Source: an uncultured Clostridium sp.
Lineage (GTDB): Bacteria > Bacillota_I > Bacilli_A > RF39 > UBA660
Assembly (NCBI GenBank): GCA_902493795.1
Contig: CABUQZ010000005.1
Location: 384-64,383 of the forward strand
DNA length: 64,000 bases
Reading direction: 5' to 3'
Shown: positions 57,156 to 64,000 of the stretch, one piece after another
Numbering within the stretch: the first letter of the stretch is position 1
Layout of the letters: each line of letters begins with the position of its first letter
Program-made: the position numbers and the translations under genes
The notes under the pieces: model-generated
The model's database searches: none
What the model was told of the DNA's origin: nothing
What the model saw: only the letters and a program-made list of their open reading frames with translations

Positions 57156-57644
57156 TTAACTTAAATTATACATACTTTTTAAAGTTTTAGCATTAACTTT
57201 TTGATTTGGAAACATATCGTTTTTCTTTTTTAATTTAAATTTAAGTGTATTTCTAGTTGTTTCTATTGTAATTGTTTTAGAAAATAACCCAGAAACCTTT
57301 AATCTTTTTATTTCTTCTCTTCTAATTCTAAAGATATGAGTTATTCTCTTTTTTTCTAGTTTAGAACAAGCAAATAATATTAATTCCATTTCATTAAAGT
57401 TAATTATAATATCTTGTCCATCAACATTTACTGCTTTTCCATAAGAAGTATAGGCATATGTACCAGTACTACCTTCACATAAAATATAATTTTGAATATT
57501 TAATCCTAAATTCATAAACATTCCAGTAATACATGCTTGATTAAATTCAGGCATATCATAACTTTCAGGCAAAACAATTTGTCTACAATTAGGACAAAAA
57601 CTTAAACCTGGGCTTAGTGGAAATCCACATCTAATACATTTCAT
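57156..57644 (-). CDS. Zinc-ribbon protein with a PH/YokE-like C-terminal domain (tentative)
   Basis: MKCIRCGFPLSPGLSFCPNCRQ. The C-terminal beta-rich segment is not firmly identified. The start overlaps the rnhB stop by 4 nt. Confidence 0.5.
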   Translation of the reverse strand: MKCIRCGFPLSPGLSFCPNCRQIVLPESYDMPEFNQACITGMFMNLGLNIQNYILCEGSTGTYAYTSYGKAVNVDGQDIIINFNEMELILFACSKLEKKRITHIFRIRREEIKRLKVSGLFSKTITIETTRNTLKFKLKKKNDMFPNQKVNAKTLKSMYNLS

Positions 57645-58285
57645 TTTATCTCTCCTTTGTTAATTTTATCTAAGTAAAAACATACTGGTTTAAAAGTTTT
57701 ACGATGTTCTTCTATTATCCCATACTCTTTTATTGCTTCAATATGTTTTTTTGTTCCGTATCCAGCGTTGTTTTTAAAGTCATACATTGGATACTTTTTA
57801 TCTAATTCTTCAAGCATTCTATCTCTTGTTACTTTAGCAATAACACTAGCAGCGCTAATTGTTATACTCTTATAGTCACCTTTGATTATAGAAGTAGTTG
57901 GTATATCTATATCAAGTTTCATAGCATCAATTAAAACGTGCTCTATTTTACATTTTTTCTTACAATTATCAATAGCTTCTATCATAGCAAGTTTAGTAGC
58001 TTCATAAATATTAACTTCATCAATTACTTTTTCACTTTTAATACCTATTCCTACTGCTAAAGCATCTTTCATAATAATATCATAAAAATATTCTCTTTTT
58101 TTCTTTGAAAGTTTTTTCGAGTCTGTAAGTCCTTCAATATAATAATCTTTAGGAAGAACAACACAAGAAGTAACAACAGGCCCAACCAAAGGACCTCGTC
58201 CTACTTCATCAACACCAGCAATATAAATAATTCCCTTTTCATTTAGTTCTTTTTCATAAGCTCTATTATCTATATCTATTTTCAT
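57641..58285 (-). CDS. rnhB: Ribonuclease HII
   Basis: AGVDEVGRGPLVGPVV, DSKKLS and ASVIAKVTRD. Confidence 0.9.
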   Translation of the reverse strand: MKIDIDNRAYEKELNEKGIIYIAGVDEVGRGPLVGPVVTSCVVLPKDYYIEGLTDSKKLSKKKREYFYDIIMKDALAVGIGIKSEKVIDEVNIYEATKLAMIEAIDNCKKKCKIEHVLIDAMKLDIDIPTTSIIKGDYKSITISAASVIAKVTRDRMLEELDKKYPMYDFKNNAGYGTKKHIEAIKEYGIIEEHRKTFKPVCFYLDKINKGEIK

Positions 58286-58296
58286 AATTAAACTAC

Positions 58297-59385
58297 CTAT
58301 TTTTTTATGCTTATCTGATTCAAATTTTCACTATTTACATAAACATAAATATTTGGATACTTAAATAAATTATAATTATATATTGTTTTTTGGTTAAATG
58401 TATCAACAAATAATTTAATTACTTCAAGACAATCATCTGCTTCGAAATTTAAACTACTTGTAAAATATAATTTTAAATCATTTTCATCATTAAACTGATA
58501 TACATATCTAACATCTGCAGTCCTATAGTAGTCAAATTCTACTCTAATTTCACCTTTAAGGTTATTATCAGTAATTACTTTCAAATTATCAAGTTTAGAA
58601 TTATTTTTTAGTATAATATTTTGATTTTTATTTATCTTAAACACTTGAGATTTATGTACCATTTGAAAATCATTTGGTAATCCATTCTTATATTCAAAAG
58701 AACTAGTCTCATAAGAAAAAGCAAGGATTCCAACAATTAGAACACAAATTGTTAAAACAAAGTGATTCTTAGTAATAATTATCTTTGAATTAAAGAATTT
58801 ATTTTGAATAAGTTTAAATGTGAAATAACAAATAGCAAATATTGAAAGTACAATAAGTATTGGACTTATAATATACACTCCATTAATAAACATTATAATT
58901 AAATAAACAAGTGTAAACATTGAAATTGCAGAAACACAAGCAACAATAGTCAAAAGGATACCTGCAAGTATTTTTATAAATAAATCAATTCCTTTAAATA
59001 CTTTCTCTTTTTTGCAAAGCATAGCTTTGTCATTCTCATAGAGGATTTTGTAATAAGAACTTCCTATAAAACTCTTTAAACTTTCATACAATACTGAAAG
59101 AACAAACAAATTCTTCATAAATCCAATTACAAACACCCAAATATAAGACAAAATACTACGTAAAGAATCACTAAAGGTATAAATAAGTGCAACTCCAAGA
59201 TCTCTTATCGCATCAAATAGCCATGTAAACAAAAGTATATAAATAACTAAAAAAATAACTTTAAAAATCCAAAAATATGGATTATTCTTTTTGTTATCTT
59301 TTCTTCCAGGCCTTAAAACATCATTAACTCTCATTGATAATGCATCAAGCACATCATTTGAGGTAATCTTATCTTTATTCATCAT
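58297..59385 (-). CDS. Multi-pass membrane protein with an extracytoplasmic C-terminal domain, unknown function
   Basis: There are about 5 hydrophobic segments, followed by a ~130-aa hydrophilic beta-looking C-terminus. Confidence 0.6.
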   Translation of the reverse strand: MMNKDKITSNDVLDALSMRVNDVLRPGRKDNKKNNPYFWIFKVIFLVIYILLFTWLFDAIRDLGVALIYTFSDSLRSILSYIWVFVIGFMKNLFVLSVLYESLKSFIGSSYYKILYENDKAMLCKKEKVFKGIDLFIKILAGILLTIVACVSAISMFTLVYLIIMFINGVYIISPILIVLSIFAICYFTFKLIQNKFFNSKIIITKNHFVLTICVLIVGILAFSYETSSFEYKNGLPNDFQMVHKSQVFKINKNQNIILKNNSKLDNLKVITDNNLKGEIRVEFDYYRTADVRYVYQFNDENDLKLYFTSSLNFEADDCLEVIKLFVDTFNQKTIYNYNLFKYPNIYVYVNSENLNQISIKK

Positions 59386-59464
59386 ATCACTCCTATAATA
59401 AAATTATACCAAATATAAGTTTTTATTTAAAGATTAAAAAAAGATTTTTATAAAAAAATATGGT

Positions 59465-60904
59465 TTAAGGATTAACCATATTTTTAAATTGTTGTATTGA
59501 TGTTGAATCATAAATTGGATATCTTGGAACTTTGTATTTATCATCGTCTCTTGATGCTTTCCTATACCCTCCAATAAAAGCGACTTTAAATCCAGACTCT
59601 TTAACTGCCTTAATAGATGAATCAGTGTATTCATAAAATGGAAAACAAAATGATGTATCATCCTTGACAACTTCAATAGATTTTTTTAAATCTTTAACTA
59701 AATCATCATAAGGAATACAATTTCCCTTTGATCTATATTGGCACCAAGAACGAGATTCATAGTGAATATCATAACCATGAGACTGAACATCCAAGTAATC
59801 AGATTTATATTCAATTGGATTCCACCAAGCAGAAATTAAGAATAATGTCCCATGCATCTTATATTCTTCAAGTAAAGGAATAAGGTAATTTCCACTAGTT
59901 TTACTAGTACCCTTTCCTCCATCGTCTATTGTAATTAATACAGATTTCTTAGGTATTTCAATTTCACCGTACATCCATTGTACAAACTCGTGAATTGTTA
60001 AAGTATGAAAGTTATTATCTTTTAAATATTGAAGTTGTTGTCTAAATCTATCAGTTCTTAAGCATATTGACTCATGACAATTATTATTATTAATATCATA
60101 AAAGAAATGATAATTTAAAATAGCAATTTTATCTGCAGTATCACTTTTATTAACTACTTTAACTTTTCTAGTAATAGAGTTTTCGTTTCCGCTAGAATCT
60201 TTAACTTTATAAGTTACAACATAATCTCCAACCTTAGTAGTATCAAGACTAGTCTTATCAACTTCTACTTTACTAGTTAAATCCCCATCATAATTATCTT
60301 TAGCAGTAACACCTAAATCTTTATATTCCTTATTTACAATATGAAGTACTTCATTTTGTCCATTTAATTTAAGCGTAGGTTTTACATTGTCAATAACTTT
60401 AACTTCTCTAATAATTTCTTTTTTCAAACTTTTATATTTGACTTTATAAGTGTAATGATATGTCCCAACTTTTGATAAATCAACATCATTAGAAACAGAA
60501 ATACTACTAGTTAGATCAATATCTTTATATTTCGCTTTAGAACCTAAATCAGTATACTCACTACCAAATAAAACCTCAACACTCTTATCACCATTTAAAG
60601 TAATATTAAGATACTTAGAATCACCATTAGCTTCTTTCCAAAAATAATCAAATACAAAATATCCAATTAAAGTAACTAATAAAAGAATAATTATAATTAA
60701 AATAATTTTAACACTCTTTTTCATTTTTCTTTTCTTTATTGGTTTATCATCATAAAGATTAATTTTCTTTTTACGAGCTTTACGCCTCTTTTTTTTAACC
60801 GGAACGACTACGTTATCCTCTTGTAAAAGAGACTCAATATCATCTTTTTCTTGAGATACTAAAGAGTCTTTATTTTCATCTACTGCATCATTTTTCTTTT
60901 TCAT
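59465..60904 (-). CDS. Membrane-anchored polysaccharide deacetylase (NodB domain) with two Ig-like (DUF5011-type) repeats
   Basis: It has one TM helix and two repeats of the form LNG...EYxDLG..A.D...DLTS.V......KVG.Y..TYKV. The NodB motifs are LITIDDGG and SHGYDIH. The start is set to the ATG after GGGAGA. Confidence 0.8.
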   Translation of the reverse strand: MKKKNDAVDENKDSLVSQEKDDIESLLQEDNVVVPVKKKRRKARKKKINLYDDKPIKKRKMKKSVKIILIIIILLLVTLIGYFVFDYFWKEANGDSKYLNITLNGDKSVEVLFGSEYTDLGSKAKYKDIDLTSSISVSNDVDLSKVGTYHYTYKVKYKSLKKEIIREVKVIDNVKPTLKLNGQNEVLHIVNKEYKDLGVTAKDNYDGDLTSKVEVDKTSLDTTKVGDYVVTYKVKDSSGNENSITRKVKVVNKSDTADKIAILNYHFFYDINNNNCHESICLRTDRFRQQLQYLKDNNFHTLTIHEFVQWMYGEIEIPKKSVLITIDDGGKGTSKTSGNYLIPLLEEYKMHGTLFLISAWWNPIEYKSDYLDVQSHGYDIHYESRSWCQYRSKGNCIPYDDLVKDLKKSIEVVKDDTSFCFPFYEYTDSSIKAVKESGFKVAFIGGYRKASRDDDKYKVPRYPIYDSTSIQQFKNMVNP

Positions 60905-60918
60905 AAAAATATCTCCCA

Positions 60919-61770
60919 CTATCTATCTAAAGTAATATTTCCAATACGCCCCTCTTTAAAATCCCTGATAACAGTAGTATAAACCTTTTCTAAATCACAA
61001 ACTCCACCCTTGCTAAGAAGTCCTCGAGATTTAGAAATATCTTCAAATATACTATCCTTATTAATTATATCTAATTTATATCTATCTTTCAAATTATTTT
61101 CATATAATTTTATAAGTTTATCAATAATAAAATATGCTAAATGTTCTACATCAACGATTTCTTCTTTAATCGAAGAAAATGCTGCCAATGTATAAGCTAC
61201 ATTTTGATCTTCAAGTTTAGGAAGAAGAATACCAGGAGAATCTAATAGTTCAATATCATTATTAATTCTAATCCACCCAAGACTTTTAGTAACTCCAGGA
61301 TTGTTACCAGTTTGAACTGCTTTTCTTCCAACTAGCTTATTAATTAATGTTGACTTTCCAACATTAGGAGCTCCAACTACAACTACTCTTACTTTTCTTG
61401 GTTTAAGACCTTTCTTAGCTCGTAGATCATTAATATTTTTTGAAATTACCTTTGTTTTGTCAATTAAAGTTTTAATGTTGTCTTGTAAAAGATTACATTT
61501 TATAATTTCACAATCTTTATATTTTTTCAAAACCTCATCTGTAACTTTTTTATCACACATATCATATTTTGTAACTACTAAAATTTTAGGTTTATTTTTA
61601 AATAAATCATCAGTATCAATAACCTTAGAACTAATAGGCATACGAGCATCAATTACTTCGTACACCACATCAATTAAATCGATATTTTCTTTAAGTTCTC
61701 TTTTAGCCTTAGCCATATGGCCAGGATACCAGTTAATTCCAACTTTAGTTAACTTTTCTTTATCATTCAT
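60919..61770 (-). CDS. rbgA: Ribosome biogenesis GTPase A (YlqF/RbgA)
   Basis: INWYPGHMAKAKRELKENIDLIDVVYEVIDARMPISS is the circularly permuted GTPase pattern, with VGAPNVGKSTLINKL. The start is set to ATG at 61770 (GGAAGGAG upstream). The ORF-track extension to 61833 overlaps the upstream gene. Confidence 0.9.
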   Translation of the reverse strand: MNDKEKLTKVGINWYPGHMAKAKRELKENIDLIDVVYEVIDARMPISSKVIDTDDLFKNKPKILVVTKYDMCDKKVTDEVLKKYKDCEIIKCNLLQDNIKTLIDKTKVISKNINDLRAKKGLKPRKVRVVVVGAPNVGKSTLINKLVGRKAVQTGNNPGVTKSLGWIRINNDIELLDSPGILLPKLEDQNVAYTLAAFSSIKEEIVDVEHLAYFIIDKLIKLYENNLKDRYKLDIINKDSIFEDISKSRGLLSKGGVCDLEKVYTTVIRDFKEGRIGNITLDR

Positions 61771-62110
61771 TATTTTGTACTCCTTCCATTTTGTTGTTAG
61801 TAGCATATTGTGGAAGATTAGAAGGAATATCACATTTGTTTGTTGGAATACCTTCGGTATCTAAAATTTTCATCAACGCAATACTTAATGCAGCATTTTG
61901 CATAACTCTTTTTCTCATTTCTATTATGGCATAAGGATTATTTACATCTATATCATCAATTTTTTGAATACGTTTTCTAAACATCCTTCGCCATTCTTCA
62001 ATATTCCACTGACCATTATACTCGCCCCACAAATATTCTTCTAGTTTTCTTGAAGCTATTATAACTTCTTTTATTTGTTTTTCTTCATCAGTAAATAAAT
62101 CTTTATTCAT
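61763..62110 (-). CDS. Hypothetical helical protein (115 aa)
   Basis: It is chained by 8-nt overlaps to RhuM upstream (ATGAATAA) and rbgA downstream (ATGAATGA). Sequence includes LEEYLWGEYNGQWNIEEWRRMFRKRIQKI. No family recognised with confidence. Confidence 0.55.
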   Translation of the reverse strand: MNKDLFTDEEKQIKEVIIASRKLEEYLWGEYNGQWNIEEWRRMFRKRIQKIDDIDVNNPYAIIEMRKRVMQNAALSIALMKILDTEGIPTNKCDIPSNLPQYATNNKMEGVQNNE

Positions 62111-63125
62111 CATCACTACCATCACTTTCTTTCAAGTATTTATTATAAAACTCATCCATTGTAGATATATATTTTTGATCTTGCACTACTCTAAACTTTT
62201 CGTACTCCTTTTCTGCTTTTTCTACTGCCTCTTTATGTGAAATATTTCCACTATTTTTTAATATATTTTTTCTTCTAAACTTTAATAAATCATCAGTTAC
62301 ATTAATCCAATCTTGCATCGTCATAATATGTCTTTCTTTTGCTTCATCTTCTGCAAAGACTAAAAACATATTTGTTAAATCATTTAACTTATTTAGTTCT
62401 TCTTCGTTTAAATAATTTTTGGCAATAGATACATCATACTTATATATTAGTCCATCCGGGCTGTTTTTCCAGTTCATAAGTCCCATGTGTTCCTTTTCGC
62501 TATTTGCTCGATTATATATTAATTCTGCAGCGGTATGTCCTGATATGGCATAATGGAGTTTGTTTTGAACAATTTTAAAAAATGTATATGCTTCCTCTGA
62601 TTTAGGATTGTAATCAGTTGATGTTGCAATAAATAAGTCTGTTATTTTTTGATAAGACATTCTTTCACTCACTCTAATTGTTTTTATCCTTTCAAGTAAT
62701 TCGTCAAAGTATTTCATATCGTACTTATTACCTTTAATAAATCTTTCATCATTTAAAGCAAATCCTTTTGTCATATATTCTTTTAATATTTTTGTTGCCC
62801 ATATTCTGAATTCTGTAGCTTTTTTTGAATTGATTCTATAACCAACTGCAATAATAGCATCTAAATTATAAACTTCCGTATTATAGTTTTTACCATCATC
62901 TGCAGTTATTTCCATTTTGGAAACAACTGAATCTTTATTTAATTCCTTTTCTTCAAATATGTTTTTTAAGTGCTTAGAGATTGCTGGAACGCCAACTTCA
63001 AATACTTTTGACATGCCTTTTTGCGATAACCATAAAGTCTCATCCTTATATATTGCATCAACAATAATATTACCATCTTTATTTTTATAAATTAACAAAT
63101 TATTTTTTTCTTCTAACTCATTCAT
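62103..63125 (-). CDS. rhuM: RhuM-family protein
   Basis: The match to the remembered RhuM pattern is end-to-end: DETLWLSQKGMSKVFEVGVPAISKHLKNIFEEKEL, YNLDAIIAVGYRINSKKATEFRIWATKILKEY, YFDELLERIKTIRVSERMSYQKITD, and HYAISGHTAAELI. Confidence 0.85.
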   Translation of the reverse strand: MNELEEKNNLLIYKNKDGNIIVDAIYKDETLWLSQKGMSKVFEVGVPAISKHLKNIFEEKELNKDSVVSKMEITADDGKNYNTEVYNLDAIIAVGYRINSKKATEFRIWATKILKEYMTKGFALNDERFIKGNKYDMKYFDELLERIKTIRVSERMSYQKITDLFIATSTDYNPKSEEAYTFFKIVQNKLHYAISGHTAAELIYNRANSEKEHMGLMNWKNSPDGLIYKYDVSIAKNYLNEEELNKLNDLTNMFLVFAEDEAKERHIMTMQDWINVTDDLLKFRRKNILKNSGNISHKEAVEKAEKEYEKFRVVQDQKYISTMDEFYNKYLKESDGSDDE

Positions 63126-63216
63126 TTTTTCACCTCTTTTTCACTATTTTACTCAAATGTGTAAAAACTTTATTTGCTCAATTCCTTTATTTATAAAGCA
63201 TTGTTAATGGTTTTCT

Positions 63217-64000
63217 TTAAATCCCGATACCCCAGTTAATACTCGTTTTTTGGAAACCTTTTTCTTCGTTTGACTTTCCTTCTTTAATTAACTCTGCATT
63301 ATGAGATTCTAAATTAGATAAAACAGTTAATTCATTTATGGAGGCATAATCTCGTACATTTGAATTTTTAGCTAAATCAGGATTTAGTTCTCTCCATTTT
63401 TTAGCAGTAGTAGAAAAAAGGATTACATTAAGAATATCAGCTTCTTCAGCATATTTTAGCCACCGTCTATCTTTATAAAAATCGTTATCAGGAAGTATAT
63501 AATTTTTAATAGCATCAGTATGAATTAAATAGTTATTCTTTGTAAGTATTCTTTTTACATCCCATTCTCTATTTTGATTTTCAAGTTCTTTTAATCTTTC
63601 AAATTCCTTTATCAAGTATAATTTAAATACTGGACTTATTGCAGAAGCAAACTCAAATGCTATATCTTTATGAGCATATGTTCCACCATATTTTCCCCGT
63701 TTTGAATATATGCCAATTGCATTAGTTTTTTCACACCATTCAGTAACACTTAATGTAAATGTATGAAGACCAGCATTTTTTCTAAACCCGTCGAATTCGA
63801 CGGAATTAAAATCAGGATTATAAATAGATTCCCATGTTCCTAAAAATTCGAGAGTTATTCTATTTCTTAACCAGTTTCGTATAACATCATCAGATTTTGA
63901 TTTCCCTTCTTTATATTTACCAAAGTCAGAAATACAAATATAATCTTTTTCATTTACACTAGTTACACCTATTCTAATATTTTGAACTTCAATTATCTTA
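63217..64000 (-). CDS. KilA-N domain protein (5' end outside the window)
   Basis: The frame is open from 63999. It reads ...YICISDFGKYKEGKSKSDDVIRNWLRNRITLEFLGTWESIYNPDFNSVEFDGF...TNAIGIYSKRGKYGGTYAHKDIAFEFASAISPVFKLYLIKEFERLKE. The ORF-track start at 63615 is an internal TTG. Confidence 0.75.
   Translation of the reverse strand, partial: KIIEVQNIRIGVTSVNEKDYICISDFGKYKEGKSKSDDVIRNWLRNRITLEFLGTWESIYNPDFNSVEFDGFRKNAGLHTFTLSVTEWCEKTNAIGIYSKRGKYGGTYAHKDIAFEFASAISPVFKLYLIKEFERLKELENQNREWDVKRILTKNNYLIHTDAIKNYILPDNDFYKDRRWLKYAEEADILNVILFSTTAKKWRELNPDLAKNSNVRDYASINELTVLSNLESHNAELIKEGKSNEEKGFQKTSINWGIGI

Noticed and set aside
60919-61833. The 21-aa N-terminal extension of the rbgA ORF (MIFLLIFHNMLLTTKWKEYKI).
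   Set aside because: It overlaps the upstream 115-aa gene. The conserved RbgA sequence starts just after the internal ATG at 61770, which has a GGAAGGAG RBS.
1-64000. An alternative genetic code (Mollicutes-type TGA=Trp), suggested by the very low GC content.
   Set aside because: TGA clearly terminates several well-defined genes, for example the ylbF-like gene, the 115-aa ORF upstream of rbgA and the 254-aa priA-linked ORF. Conserved proteins are full length under code 11.

Overview
The window is a visibly AT-rich chromosomal segment (composition not computed) from a low-GC Bacillota-type bacterium. It uses the standard bacterial code: TGA, TAA and TAG all act as stops. No searches could be run, so all family calls rest on motifs I can read in the translations and on remembered gene order. 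I support 60 CDS, 57 on the minus strand and 3 on the plus strand, plus two minus-strand tRNAs. Much of the window is housekeeping genes in Bacillus-like synteny blocks. These are nusB-xseA-xseB, rplU-prp-rpmA-(HAD)-obg, tkt-sirA-like-yneF, ylbD-ylbE-(U32)-ylbF-rsmD, parE-(orf)-parC, priA, and rbgA...rnhB. Unusual or accessory material is wedged between these blocks:
- a left-end cassette of phage tail-collar protein, a signal-less 2075-aa Rhs/YD toxin and a tiny two-TM protein;
- a membrane-anchored serpin with TspO;
- a Y-family polymerase/YolD pair;
- a composite cadC-HMA-cadA-copZ-copA metal operon;
- an islet next to the tRNAs, holding a PHP-fusion protein, an extended DUF488 protein and two orphan plus-strand genes;
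- a proline-repeat surface protein;
- a trio of pilin-like, TM/Zn-ribbon and SPFH/double-Zn-ribbon genes;
- an unknown ORF between parE and parC;
- a tandem paralogue pair downstream of priA;
- KilA-N, RhuM and a small ORF fused onto the rbgA operon.
I recognised no CRISPR array, rRNA, integrase, transposase or IS element. The best candidates for an undescribed system are the tail-collar/Rhs/mini-TM cassette (90-7072) and the priA-linked paralogue pair with a clamp-binding-like tail (53517-54904). The SPFH trio (41050-44039) and the parE-orf-parC insert (51031-51429) rank next. Functions for all of these are inference only.
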